From assembly GCA_964423425.1 (NCBI GenBank), contig CAYRES010000001.1, positions 298,191-362,190 on the forward strand: DNA of 64,000 bases, read 5' to 3'. Both the position numbers and the translations under genes were made by a program. The notes beneath the pieces are model-generated. The model worked only from the letters and a program-made list of their open reading frames with translations. It was not told the origin of the DNA and searched no databases. This document shows, one piece after another, positions 36,637 to 46,660 of this stretch; positions within the stretch are counted from its first letter, which is position 1, and every line of letters begins with the position of its first letter. This DNA comes from an uncultured Gaiellales bacterium (GTDB lineage: Bacteria > Actinomycetota > Thermoleophilia > RBG-16-64-13).

Positions 36637-38865
36637 ATGGCAGGCGAGGGTGAGGCGCCTGCCAGTCAGGAGCTGAACGCCGAAGCACGCGGACTGCTCG
36701 ACGATCTGTTCCGCGCCATTGTGCGGTACAACCCCAACTTCGACCGCGACCTGATTCAGCGCTCCTTCGAGTTGGCCGTCTATCAGCACCGCGAACAGCG
36801 CCGTGCGAGCGGCCAATACTACATCTACCACCCGGCTGGAACAGCCCGCGTCTGTGCCGACCTGAGGCTTGATTCGGCCACCATCGCAGCGGCATTGCTG
36901 CACGACGTCGTCGAGGACACCGACATGTCCATCGACGTCATCAGTGAGCAGTTCGGTGACGAGGTGGCCCTCCTGGTCGACGGTGTGACCAAGCTTGGCC
37001 AGATGTCCTTCAAGAGCGTTGAGGAGGAACAGGCCGAGAACTATCGCAAGATGATCCTCGCGATGGCCAAGGACATCCGCGTGGTCCTCATCAAGTTGGC
37101 CGACCGGTTGCACAACATGCGCACGCTCTCCTACTTGGGCAAAGAGAAGCAGATCGAGAAGGCGAAGGAGACACTCGAGATCTACGCCCCACTGGCGCAT
37201 CGGCTCGGTATCGAATCCATTCGCTGGGAGTTGGAAGACCTGGCCTTCCAGACCCTCCACCCGCGGAAGTATCAAGAGATACAGCACATGGTGGCGCAGC
37301 GCCGCGTTGATCGCGAGAGGTACATCGAGGATGCCGCCGCCCAGCTCCGAGCCGAACTGAACAGGCTTCACATCGATGCAGATATCTCCGGCCGGGCGAA
37401 GCACTTCTATTCCATCTACGACAAGATGGTGCGCCGGGGCAAGGAGTTCAACGAGATATACGATCTCACCGCCCTAAGAGCGATAGTCAGCTCCGTACGT
37501 GACTGCTACGCCACCCTGGGAGTCATTCACTCCATGTGGAAGCCCGTGCCGGGCCGCTTCAAAGACTACATCGCCATGCCCAAGTTCAATATGTACCAGT
37601 CTCTTCACACGACCGTCATCGGGCCGCAGGGCAAGCCGCTCGAGATACAGGTGCGCACGCGCGAGATGCACGAGACGGCTGAGTACGGCATCGCCGCCCA
37701 CTGGATCTACAAGGAGAAGGCCGCCGACGGGAGCAGGGGTGAGGGCAGTCTCGACAAGCTCCAGTGGCTGCGCCAGATAATCGACTGGCAATCAGATACC
37801 GCCGACGCCTCTGAGTTCATGGAATCGCTCCGGGTGGATCTGTTCCAAGACGAGGTCTATGTGTTCACCCCCAAAGGAGAGGTGAGGAGCCTCCCCGCGG
37901 GCTCCACGCCGGTCGATTTCGCCTACGCCATTCACACCGATGTGGGGCACCGCTGTGTGGGTGCCCGTGTGAACGGCCGTATCGTGCCGCTCACCTATCG
38001 TCTGCAATCGGGCGACATCGTCGAGATACTCACCTCCAAGACACCCCAGGGGCCGTCTCGCGACTGGCTCACCTTTGTGAAGAGCACTTCGGCCCGTAAC
38101 CGCATCCGCCAGTGGTTCAAGAGAGAACGCCGGGAGGACTCCCAGCATCAAGGCAAAGATGCCCTACTCGAATCACTCCGCAAACATGGCTTGCCTGCCC
38201 AGAAGCTCATCAATTCCGAGACTCTCAACGATGTCATCAAAGACATGGGTTTCCAGAAGCGTGATGACTTCTTCGTGAGCATAGGCACCGGCAAGACGCC
38301 CGCGCAGCAGGTCATCGGCAAGCTCATGCCCCGTTTGGACAAGAGCTTCGCCGAGATGAAGCCAGACCTGGTGCCTGCCTTCCAGAAGCGTCCCCGGCCG
38401 CACCCCGCCAAAGAGGGCATGGGGGTGAGAGTAGAGGGCATGGACGATGTGGCGGTGAGGGTTCCACAGTGCTGCCGGCCGGTACCGGGAGACGATGTCG
38501 TCGGATACATCTCTTTGGGCCGGGGTGTCACCATTCACCGGCGCGATTGTCCTAACGTGAAGGCGCTTGAGAAGAACCCCGAGCGCTTCGTGCCGGTCAG
38601 CTGGGATATGTCGAGCGTGGGGCCGTTCCTGGTGGAGATCATGATCGAGGCTCATGATCGCCAGCACCTCCTCGAAGACATCAGCCGGGCGCTCAGTGAA
38701 TGCAACGTCAACATCATGGCTGCCACCATTCAGACCACAGGCGACAACCAGGTGAAGGACCGCTTTGTCTTCGAAGTGCCCGAGATCGACTACCTCGACT
38801 CCGTTCTGCAGCGCATACGCCGCATCGACACGGTATACGACGCCTATCGCATCACCCCCAACTGA
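36637..38865 (+). CDS. relA: bifunctional (p)ppGpp synthetase/hydrolase
   Basis: HD hydrolase (HDVVEDT), synthetase (RAKHFYSIYDKM), TGS and ACT domains. ATG at 36637 is preferred over the overlapping 36589. Confidence 0.9.
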   Translation: MAGEGEAPASQELNAEARGLLDDLFRAIVRYNPNFDRDLIQRSFELAVYQHREQRRASGQYYIYHPAGTARVCADLRLDSATIAAALLHDVVEDTDMSIDVISEQFGDEVALLVDGVTKLGQMSFKSVEEEQAENYRKMILAMAKDIRVVLIKLADRLHNMRTLSYLGKEKQIEKAKETLEIYAPLAHRLGIESIRWELEDLAFQTLHPRKYQEIQHMVAQRRVDRERYIEDAAAQLRAELNRLHIDADISGRAKHFYSIYDKMVRRGKEFNEIYDLTALRAIVSSVRDCYATLGVIHSMWKPVPGRFKDYIAMPKFNMYQSLHTTVIGPQGKPLEIQVRTREMHETAEYGIAAHWIYKEKAADGSRGEGSLDKLQWLRQIIDWQSDTADASEFMESLRVDLFQDEVYVFTPKGEVRSLPAGSTPVDFAYAIHTDVGHRCVGARVNGRIVPLTYRLQSGDIVEILTSKTPQGPSRDWLTFVKSTSARNRIRQWFKRERREDSQHQGKDALLESLRKHGLPAQKLINSETLNDVIKDMGFQKRDDFFVSIGTGKTPAQQVIGKLMPRLDKSFAEMKPDLVPAFQKRPRPHPAKEGMGVRVEGMDDVAVRVPQCCRPVPGDDVVGYISLGRGVTIHRRDCPNVKALEKNPERFVPVSWDMSSVGPFLVEIMIEAHDRQHLLEDISRALSECNVNIMAATIQTTGDNQVKDRFVFEVPEIDYLDSVLQRIRRIDTVYDAYRITPN

Positions 38866-38950
38866 GCCGGCGGCTCGCCGTGGGGTCAGGGCAGCCCGGG
38901 CATGACTGGCGGCTGTGGCGCGGGCCTGGAAAAGCGTCGGACGGCCCCTT

Positions 38951-38959
38951 TGCTACAAT
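38951..38959 (+). promoter_or_regulatory. extended -10 promoter element TGcTACAAT
   Basis: TGnTACAAT lies 38 nt upstream of the MBL-hydrolase ATG. SD TGGAGGT follows. Confidence 0.4.
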
Positions 38960-38996
38960 AGCGCGGGTCCACTGAACAATTGGAGGTCACCCTCTC

Positions 38997-39632
38997 ATGA
39001 ATATCGTCTGCATGCCCGTCGGCCCCATTCAGGGCAATTGCTACATAGTAAGCGATGACAACAACGTGGCCTGTGCCATCGATCCCGGCGGCGAGCCTGA
39101 TCGCATCGTGCTGACCGCCGCCAAGAGGCAGCTCACGATCACCCATATCCTTCTCACGCACGGTCACTTTGACCACATGGCTGCCGCCGGCGCGGTGGCC
39201 AAGGCCACCGGCGCCGTCGTCTGCTGTGCGCCGGAAGTGGCGCCGATGGTGCGTGATCCCGATCGGCACATCCCATTCCCTGGCTTCGGTGGTGTGCCCG
39301 CCTATGAGCCCGACGTCCTCCTCGCGGACGGCGATACGGTGACCTTCGGCGATCTGGAGGCCGAAGCCATCTACACTCCGGGCCACTCCCCCGGTGACAC
39401 CACGTTCGACATCGCGGGCAGCCTGTTCTGCGGCGATCTGCTCTTCTTCCGCTCGGTGGGCCGTACCGACTTGGAGGGAGGCGATTTCGATACGCTCCTA
39501 CGCTCGGTGAAGAGGCTCATCGACCTGTATCCGCCCGACACCCCCGTGTACCCCGGCCACATGCAGGCAACCACGCTCGGGGGAGAGCTCGCCGCAAACC
39601 CCTTCCTGCGGGGGTTGGCTCCCCGTGGCTGA
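38997..39632 (+). CDS. MBL-fold metallo-hydrolase
   Basis: HILLTHGHFDHMAAAG is the HxHxDH motif. Confidence 0.8.
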   Translation: MNIVCMPVGPIQGNCYIVSDDNNVACAIDPGGEPDRIVLTAAKRQLTITHILLTHGHFDHMAAAGAVAKATGAVVCCAPEVAPMVRDPDRHIPFPGFGGVPAYEPDVLLADGDTVTFGDLEAEAIYTPGHSPGDTTFDIAGSLFCGDLLFFRSVGRTDLEGGDFDTLLRSVKRLIDLYPPDTPVYPGHMQATTLGGELAANPFLRGLAPRG

Positions 39633-40914
39633 CGCGAAGGCCGAGCCGCTCAGTGCACCAAAGGGCACGTACGATATCCTGCCCGAGGACCAACCGGTAC
39701 GGTCGTGGATTCTGGCTGCGGCTGAGGACATCTTCAGGCGCTACGGCTACGGTCGGTTGGACACACCTACCTTCGAAGAGACCCGCCTGTTTGCCCGCGG
39801 TGTAGGGGAGGCCACCGACATCGTGCGCAAAGAGATGTACACGTTCGTCGATCAGGGCGGGAGGTCGCTCACACTGCGGCCCGAGGGTACTGCACCTGCC
39901 GCCCGGGCGTACGTGGAGCACGGCATGCATACACGTCCCCAGCCGGTGAAGCTCTGGTACCTGTGGCCCATGTTCAGGTACGAGAGTCCCCAGAGCGGAC
40001 GCTACCGCCAGCATTATCAGATCGGCATCGAGGCCTTCGGGTCGCCGTCGCCGTTGCTCGATGCAGAGGTTATCGCCGTTCTTGGCACCCTCTACGAGAC
40101 CGTGGGTCTCACCGGCGTCGAGCTTCGCCTCAACTCCATGGGCTGCCCCTGCTGCCGTGCGCCCTACAGGGAACGGTTGGCCTCGTATCTCGCTGCCCAT
40201 GACACCGAGCTGTGCGGCGAATGCCGTGAACGTGCCGTCGCCAACCCCCTGCGGACCTTCGACTGCAAGGTGTCGGTGTGCCGCGAGGTGCTCGAAGGCG
40301 CTCCCCGGCTGCCCGACGGCTTGTGCCCCGATTGCGCCGCCCATCACGAGGTCGTGAAGCAGGCCCTTGCGGTCCAAGGGTTCGCCTTCGTGGAAGACCA
40401 TCGCTTGGTGCGAGGCATGGACTACTACACCCGCACCACCTTCGAATTTCAATCGTCGCTCTTGGGCGCCCAATCGGGAGTGGGAGGGGGTGGGCGCTAC
40501 GACCAGCTGGTGGAAGACATCGGCGGCCCACCCACTCCCGGCGTGGGCTGGGGCACGGGGGTCGAACGTATCCTGTTGGCCCTGAGGCAGACCTTCGACA
40601 ATCTGCCGACGGCGGTGCCTCCGGTGGCCTATCTCGTGGCTTTCGGCGAGCGCGCGCGCGCCGAGGTGTTTGCCTTGGCGCACGAGTTGCGTCGCAAGCG
40701 AGCCTCCGTTGAATTCGACTACATGGAACGCAGCGGCAGGGGCCAGATGAAACAGGCGGGTAGGAGCGGAGCCCTCTTGGCCCTCATCATCGGGGATGAC
40801 GAACTGGACACCGGTACCATCACGGTTCGCCGGCTGGCCGAGGGCGTGGAGACGAGAGTTGCCAGGGATGAGGCGCTCTCGATGGTCATCGAAGCGGAAG
40901 AAGGCCGGTCATGA
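39625..40914 (+). CDS. hisS: histidine--tRNA ligase
   Basis: Sequence PKGTYDILPED...LRPEGTAPAARAY matches class II motifs. It has an HisS anticodon-binding C-terminus. Confidence 0.9.
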   Translation: MADAKAEPLSAPKGTYDILPEDQPVRSWILAAAEDIFRRYGYGRLDTPTFEETRLFARGVGEATDIVRKEMYTFVDQGGRSLTLRPEGTAPAARAYVEHGMHTRPQPVKLWYLWPMFRYESPQSGRYRQHYQIGIEAFGSPSPLLDAEVIAVLGTLYETVGLTGVELRLNSMGCPCCRAPYRERLASYLAAHDTELCGECRERAVANPLRTFDCKVSVCREVLEGAPRLPDGLCPDCAAHHEVVKQALAVQGFAFVEDHRLVRGMDYYTRTTFEFQSSLLGAQSGVGGGGRYDQLVEDIGGPPTPGVGWGTGVERILLALRQTFDNLPTAVPPVAYLVAFGERARAEVFALAHELRRKRASVEFDYMERSGRGQMKQAGRSGALLALIIGDDELDTGTITVRRLAEGVETRVARDEALSMVIEAEEGRS

Positions 40915-42665
40915 GTTACAGGAATGCCTGGTGCGGCGAAGTGCTCGAGGATCTCGTCGGCACCCGAGTGGCTCTTGCGGGATGGGTGCACCGCCGCCGC
41001 GATCACGGTGGGCTGGTGTTCGTCGACCTCCGGGACCGCACGGGTTTGGTGCAGCTCGTGTTCGATCCCGCGGTGAACGAGCGGGTTCACGAGACGGCGC
41101 ATCGTCTTCGCAGCGAGTTCGTTGTTTCTGCCGAGGGTACCGTGGTCCCGCGGGGCGAGGAGCGTGTGAACCCCAACATGAAGACCGGGCACATCGAGAT
41201 AGCCGTCGATTCGCTTACCATCTTGGCTGAGGCCAAGACCCCTCCCTTCACGCCCGGCGAGTTCGGCCACGTCGACGACAACACTCGCCTCCGCTACCGC
41301 TACATCGATCTCCGCCGCAGCCGGATGCAGGAGAATCTCCGTCTGCGTGACGCGGCCGTGCAATCGGTGCGGCGATACTTCGGTGAGCACGGCTTCCTCG
41401 AAATCGAGACGCCCATCCTCACCAAGAGCACTCCCGAGGGCGCGCGCGACTTCCTCGTGCCCAGCCGGCTGCAACCGGGAGCCTTCTATGCCCTCCCACA
41501 GTCGCCCCAGCTGTTCAAACAACTCTTGATGATCGCGGGTTACGAGCGCTATTACCAACTTGCGCGTGCGTTCCGCGATGAAGACCTGCGCGCCGACCGC
41601 CAGCCCGAGCACACCCAGATCGATCTCGAGATGAGTTTTGTCGAAGAGCGGGACATCCAAGAGTTGGTGGAGGGCATGATGGTGCAGGTGTTTCGTGACG
41701 TGTTGGATATCGAGGTGCCGCGCCCTTTTCCCCGCCTCACCTACGCAGAAGCCATGCGCCGTTTCGGGAGCGACAAGCCCGATGTCCGCTTCGGCTTGGA
41801 GATCATCGATATCTCTGAGCTGGTTTCCGGGTCGGGCTTCAAGGTCTTCGCCGACACTGTGGCCCGGGGGGGTGCCGTCCGGGGCATATGCGTGCCGGGG
41901 GCAGGCGCCTTCTCCCGCAAAGACGTTGACGATCTCGCTGCAGCTATCGCTCCCCACGGGGCCAAGGGTCTCGTACCCGTGTGGGTGGAGGCCGGAGGAA
42001 TCCGTTCTCCGATAGCCAAGTTCCTAAGTGTGGAAGTCGTCACGTCACTGCTTTCGACGGTGGAGGCGCAACCGGGCGACATACTCCTATTGGTCGCCGA
42101 TGAGCGTCCCATTGTCGAAGCCGCTCTGGGTGCTCTGCGGCTCCACCTTGCCGAGAAGCTGTCGCTCGAACGGGAGGGGTGGGAGTTCTTGTGGATCATC
42201 GACCCACCCATGTTTGAGTGGGATGAGAAGGAGAAACGGTTGAAGGCCCAACATCACCCCTTCACCAAACCGCGGGTGAAGGCCCCTTCTGAGCTGGCCG
42301 AGCGGCCGCTGGACATCGGCACCTATGCCTACGACTTGGTGCTGAACGGTGTGGAGTTGGGCAGTGGTTCGCTGCGTATCGCCGACCCGGCTCTTCAAGA
42401 GGCCGTATTTGAGGCTCTGGGCCTGTCGGCCGAGGAGATCGAGGGGAAGTTCGGCTTCCTGGTGGAGGCCATGGACTACGGTATTCCGCCGCACGGCGGC
42501 ATGGCGATGGGGCTCGACCGCCTCGTTATGCTGATGGCCGGCGAGAAGTCCATACGGGAGGTCATCGCCTTCCCGAAGACCCAGAGCGGCGGGTGCCCCC
42601 TCACGGCAGCCCCCTCGGGAGTGGCCGTCGAGCAGTTGCGAGAGCTTCGGATAAGGCCCCTCTAG
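40911..42665 (+). CDS. aspS: aspartate--tRNA ligase
   Basis: OB-fold N-terminus (GWVHRRRDHGGLVFVDLRD), sequence FRDEDLRADRQPEHTQID, and a class II core. It overlaps hisS by 4 nt. Confidence 0.92.
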   Translation: MSYRNAWCGEVLEDLVGTRVALAGWVHRRRDHGGLVFVDLRDRTGLVQLVFDPAVNERVHETAHRLRSEFVVSAEGTVVPRGEERVNPNMKTGHIEIAVDSLTILAEAKTPPFTPGEFGHVDDNTRLRYRYIDLRRSRMQENLRLRDAAVQSVRRYFGEHGFLEIETPILTKSTPEGARDFLVPSRLQPGAFYALPQSPQLFKQLLMIAGYERYYQLARAFRDEDLRADRQPEHTQIDLEMSFVEERDIQELVEGMMVQVFRDVLDIEVPRPFPRLTYAEAMRRFGSDKPDVRFGLEIIDISELVSGSGFKVFADTVARGGAVRGICVPGAGAFSRKDVDDLAAAIAPHGAKGLVPVWVEAGGIRSPIAKFLSVEVVTSLLSTVEAQPGDILLLVADERPIVEAALGALRLHLAEKLSLEREGWEFLWIIDPPMFEWDEKEKRLKAQHHPFTKPRVKAPSELAERPLDIGTYAYDLVLNGVELGSGSLRIADPALQEAVFEALGLSAEEIEGKFGFLVEAMDYGIPPHGGMAMGLDRLVMLMAGEKSIREVIAFPKTQSGGCPLTAAPSGVAVEQLRELRIRPL

Positions 42666-42898
42666 GCGGTGGTGCGTGGGGGGGTTTGTGGGAGAAATGG
42701 CCCTGTGATACATTTGAGGTGCTCGACCTTGTTCGTGATCTGCTGCAATCTTGAGCCAACACATTCGAATCGGGAGGTCGGCTCTTCCGGTCGGTGGAAC
42801 GACCCTCCGGTGGCCGCCACCCACCTGCTTAGGCAGGTTCAAGATTCCTCCAGACACGGCAAGGTGGAGCATTTTCTTTTCCTTGATGGGGGTGCGGC

Positions 42899-43423
42899 AT
42901 GAGTAGAAGGCGCTCGTGGGGCCGAACAAGCCCTGTCGGTTTCATCGGTGTGGCGGCATGGTTCGTGCTTGTGTGCGGCCTGCTGTTCTTGGCTGGGTGC
43001 GGCGGCACCACGACGACCAGTACGGTTGCACCCATAACTCCCACCACGGCTGCTCCCGTGCCGGGTGAAGGCATCATGGGCCGCGAGATCACAGCTTCCG
43101 AGGATACCCCCTTTGAGGTAGCGCGTGCTTTCTCAGAGCAACAGCCCGTAGTGGTGTTGTTCTATGTCGCCGGTGGATCCGACGACCAGCCGGTTCGCGA
43201 CGCGTTGAGCCGTATTGCAGCCCGCTACCCCGACATCGCCTTCGCCCTCTACGACTACAAACTGCCGGAAGCGTACGGCGACCTCGCCGTCGCGCTCGCA
43301 GTCGACTATACGCCGTATACTGTCTTCATCGGTGCCGACGGTATCGTTGCACACACTGTGACCGGTTTTGCCGACGAGGCGGTACTGCAGCAGTTCGTCG
43401 AGAACCTTCAGCAGGGAACATAA
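42899..43423 (+). CDS. lipoprotein with thioredoxin-like domain (no CxxC)
   Basis: Signal peptide with LAGC lipobox and a Thr/Pro linker. The Trx-like segment reads VVVLFYVAGGSDDQ where WCxxC would be expected. Confidence 0.55.
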   Translation: MSRRRSWGRTSPVGFIGVAAWFVLVCGLLFLAGCGGTTTTSTVAPITPTTAAPVPGEGIMGREITASEDTPFEVARAFSEQQPVVVLFYVAGGSDDQPVRDALSRIAARYPDIAFALYDYKLPEAYGDLAVALAVDYTPYTVFIGADGIVAHTVTGFADEAVLQQFVENLQQGT

Positions 43424-43431
43424 GGCGTGTC

Positions 43432-44571
43432 GTGACAGATGGTTTCCGCCCTTCCGGGCAGCGGCGGGGGGTACTCCTAGCAGTAAGCGGAGGCGTCGAT
43501 AGTGGGGTCGCCGCCCTCCGGCTCCTGCAGCAGGGTTACTGGGTGGAGGCCGTCACTTTCAGCCTGTGGACCGACCCCGATGCCTCGAAACCCAACCGCT
43601 GCTGTGCGGCCGACGCCATCCTGGCCGCCCGCGATTTGGCCGATCACCTGGGTATCGTGCATCACTTGGTCGACCTCCGCGAAGAGTTCCTGAGTGAGGT
43701 AGTATCGTACTTCGTGGAGACGTACGCCGATGCCCGCACTCCCAATCCCTGCGTGCAATGCAACGCACACCTACGGTTTCCGGTGCTTGTCCGTATGGCC
43801 GAAGAGCTGGGTCTGGATCACATCTCGACGGGCCACTATGCCCGCCTCGATCCCGGTTCGGACTGTTTACTTCGAGGCCACGACAATCACAAGGACCAGT
43901 CATACGTCTTGGCGCACGTCTCGCCCGCCCTGTTGCGCCAGTCTCTATTCCCGGTGGGAGATCTCACCAAGGGAGAGGTCCGCGCCTGTGCACGGGAGCA
44001 CGGCCTGCCGGTGCACGCCTCTCCGGAGAGCCAAGATATCTGCTTCATCCCGGACGGGGACTACCGGCGCTTCCTCGCCACCAGGATACGGAGCGGGGAG
44101 GGCCCTATCCTCGACAGGGAGGGGAAGGTGCGGGGCACCCACTCCGGCCTCTATCGTTACACGATCGGGCAGCGGCGCGGTCTTGGCATAGCCGACACAG
44201 AGCCCCTGTATGTGGTGGAACTGCGCCCCTCCCGCAACGCCCTCGTGGTGGGCAGGTGGGAAGACCTCGAGGTGACGAGCCTTGAGCTGACGGATGTCGT
44301 CGTACACGCGCCACTGCACGTCGGTGATGATGCCCCGACCGTGGTGCAGTACCGCTCCACGGGGGACTCGGTGCCTGTGGTCCCGCCACGGTATGACCAC
44401 GACACCGACAGCCTCCTCCTCACACTGAAGCGCCCTGCCCAGGGTGTTTCCCCGGGGCAGCTTGCCGTCGTGTACCAGGGTGCCTCCGTACTCCTTTCCG
44501 GCACCATACTGTGCGCTTCTCCCCGGACCGGGGGAAGGGTAGAGCCAGCAGGCACCCGAGCCCCGGGCTGA
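43432..44571 (+). CDS. mnmA: tRNA-specific 2-thiouridylase
   Basis: PP-loop LLAVSGGVDSGVAA, and sequence CVQCNAHLRF matches MnmA. Confidence 0.9.
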   Translation: MTDGFRPSGQRRGVLLAVSGGVDSGVAALRLLQQGYWVEAVTFSLWTDPDASKPNRCCAADAILAARDLADHLGIVHHLVDLREEFLSEVVSYFVETYADARTPNPCVQCNAHLRFPVLVRMAEELGLDHISTGHYARLDPGSDCLLRGHDNHKDQSYVLAHVSPALLRQSLFPVGDLTKGEVRACAREHGLPVHASPESQDICFIPDGDYRRFLATRIRSGEGPILDREGKVRGTHSGLYRYTIGQRRGLGIADTEPLYVVELRPSRNALVVGRWEDLEVTSLELTDVVVHAPLHVGDDAPTVVQYRSTGDSVPVVPPRYDHDTDSLLLTLKRPAQGVSPGQLAVVYQGASVLLSGTILCASPRTGGRVEPAGTRAPG

Positions 44572-44682
44572 GGAAGGCCGCCCGTCTTGCCGTGAGGGGC
44601 CTATCGTGTATCCTAGGGGTACGGTCAAGCGTGAGGCGGTCGTCTTTGCGCCGGCTCGAGTCATCGCGGAAGGGGAGAGTGC

Positions 44683-45063
44683 ATGGAATCTGATGCGGGC
44701 GCATTCATGAGGATCGCCATCGGAGTCTTCTTCTTGCTGTTTGGGATGGGACTGGCCTATATGCTCTATCGATTGGCCACCACCTTCTCGGCGGCCGCGG
44801 AGATGATCCAGGACGTGAACAAGGAGGTTGTCCCCATCCTCTCCCGGGTACAGACCACCCTCGACGAGGTCAATTCCGAACTCGGTAAGATCGACGAGCT
44901 CACCGGCACGGTGGTGGCGGTGGCCGACAAGCTCGAATCCACGACTTCCGCGGCGCAGAGTGCAGTGGCGGTGCCGCTCAAGAAGGTCGGCGGCCTGGCT
45001 GCCGGGCTCAGCCGGGGCGTCTCGAGCTTCTTCGAAGGCAGAAAGGCGGGCGGCCATGGGTAA
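44683..45063 (+). CDS. DUF948 domain membrane protein (YtxG-like)
   Basis: N-terminal TM helix, then an apolipoprotein-like helix VNKEVVPILSRVQTTLDEVNSELGKIDELTG. Confidence 0.6.
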   Translation: MESDAGAFMRIAIGVFFLLFGMGLAYMLYRLATTFSAAAEMIQDVNKEVVPILSRVQTTLDEVNSELGKIDELTGTVVAVADKLESTTSAAQSAVAVPLKKVGGLAAGLSRGVSSFFEGRKAGGHG

Positions 45064-45334
45064 GCTGGTGTTCTGTACGGTGGCCCTCCTCGGCACTGTG
45101 GCCGGGGCGGCCGTGGTCACCGCGTTGCAGATCTCCCGCCGCACCGGCCGTCCCTTCGTGGAGGCCCTTTCCGAGGTACCGACCGAGGCCAAGCGTTGGC
45201 TCGACGACGTGAACTCCAGGCTGAAGGTTGCCGTTGAAACAGGCAAGTCGGCGGCGGCGGCCAAGGAGGAGGAGATCGAACGGGTGCTGCAGGGCGACGA
45301 TCACCTCCCGGTCTCGCCGGAGTCGGTGGTGTAG
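45056..45334 (+). CDS. YtxH-like small protein
   Basis: ATG at 45056 overlaps the DUF948 end. N-terminal hydrophobic helix plus a charged tail. It pairs with DUF948 as ytxG-ytxH do in Bacillus. Confidence 0.5.
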   Translation: MGKLVFCTVALLGTVAGAAVVTALQISRRTGRPFVEALSEVPTEAKRWLDDVNSRLKVAVETGKSAAAAKEEEIERVLQGDDHLPVSPESVV

Positions 45335-45340
45335 GGCGTT

Positions 45341-45742
45341 GTGGTGGCAGTCGACACCGTCACGCTGACTCTTCCCCGTGGGGCCGGCTATCTGGCGCTG
45401 TTGCATCTGGTGTTGGGTGGGATAGCACTTCGGAAGGACCTGAGCTTCGACGACTTGGACGACGTGCAGCTCGCCGTCGACAGTATCCTGGCTGAGGATC
45501 CGGGTCGGGTGGGCGACGTGGAGATGAAGGTGTCCCTCGAGGAGGAGGGCCTGCGTATCCGGCTTGCCGCTTTCTCCAACCAGAGCATGAAGGCCTCGCT
45601 CGGCGGCAGTTCTCGGTCGCCTGCGCCTGAACCGCAGCACCTCGACATGGGCGTGCTCCTGGAAAGCCTCTGCGACAGCTTCGTGGTTGAGGACTTGAGG
45701 GGCGATTGTTATGCCATCGAATTGTGGAAGCGGACAGGTTAG
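45341..45742 (+). CDS. RsbW/UsfX-like anti-sigma factor (short, degenerate ATP-binding motifs)
   Basis: N-terminus LTLPRGAGYLALLHLVLGGIA...DDLDDVQLAVDSILAED resembles RsbW. The C-terminus is RsbW-like, LLESLCDSFVVEDLRGDCYAIELWKR. It sits directly upstream of the SigB-like gene. Confidence 0.5.
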   Translation: MVAVDTVTLTLPRGAGYLALLHLVLGGIALRKDLSFDDLDDVQLAVDSILAEDPGRVGDVEMKVSLEEEGLRIRLAAFSNQSMKASLGGSSRSPAPEPQHLDMGVLLESLCDSFVVEDLRGDCYAIELWKRTG

Positions 45743-45749
45743 CCCCCGT

Positions 45750-46589
45750 ATGGTGCAAGAGCCCCACGATGCGTGGCATAGTTCAGCGGGATTCCACGAG
45801 AATCTCGCCGACGTACCGGAGAAGGAATTGCTGCGTCGGGTCCACGAAGAGGGTGACCGCGCCGCGCGGGACGAACTGATCACGAGATACCTCCCACTTG
45901 TGCGCAGTCTGGCGCGGCGATTCGCTGCGCGGGGGCAATCGGTAGAGGATCTCACGCAAGTCGGCTCCATAGGTCTCATCAAAGCCATCGACCGCTTCGA
46001 CGTGGAGAGAGGAGTGGAGCTCTCCACCTACGCGACGCCGACCGTGATGGGGGAGATCAAGCGCTACTTCAGGGATAAGGGGTGGGCGGTCAAAGTACCG
46101 CGGGCCCTGCAGGATCTCAACGTTCGCCTCAATCGGGTCATCGAACAACTCACGGTCGAACTGAAACGCTCGCCCACCATTGCCGACATGGCTGAGGCGT
46201 GCGATGTGAGCGAGGAGGATGTGCTGGAGGCTCTCGAAAGCGGCCGTGCCTACAGTTCGCTGTCGATCTACGGTGGAAGCACTTCCGAAGATGACGATGC
46301 ATTTGAGATACTTGATTGTCTCGGTACCGAGGAGCGGGAGTATGAATTGGTGGAACAGCGCCGCTTCCTCGCACCGGCAATGGAGAAACTGGACGAGCGA
46401 GAGCGTCTGATACTGCACCTTCGCTTCTTCGAAGGCATGACCCAGACGCAGATCGCGGCACGTGTGGGCATCTCGCAGATGCACGTCTCGCGGCTCATCA
46501 GGAAGTCCCTGGAGGTGCTCCGCACTGCCATGGCTGACACTGGGGCGGTCTCACCTGCGGAACAGGTGAAGGGCAGCACCGGCCACTGA
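45750..46589 (+). CDS. RNA polymerase sigma factor, SigB/SigF group
   Basis: Sequence LITRYLPLVRSLARRF...DLTQVGSIGLIKAIDRFD...TYATPTVMGEIKRYFRDKGWAVKVPR, and a region 4 HTH. Confidence 0.85.
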   Translation: MVQEPHDAWHSSAGFHENLADVPEKELLRRVHEEGDRAARDELITRYLPLVRSLARRFAARGQSVEDLTQVGSIGLIKAIDRFDVERGVELSTYATPTVMGEIKRYFRDKGWAVKVPRALQDLNVRLNRVIEQLTVELKRSPTIADMAEACDVSEEDVLEALESGRAYSSLSIYGGSTSEDDDAFEILDCLGTEEREYELVEQRRFLAPAMEKLDERERLILHLRFFEGMTQTQIAARVGISQMHVSRLIRKSLEVLRTAMADTGAVSPAEQVKGSTGH

Positions 46590-46660
46590 CCGCCTGGTCG
46601 AGCCGTCCGTCTCAGATTCTCCAGGCACATACAAGGGAAATACTGGAAAGGGCCTCTTTC

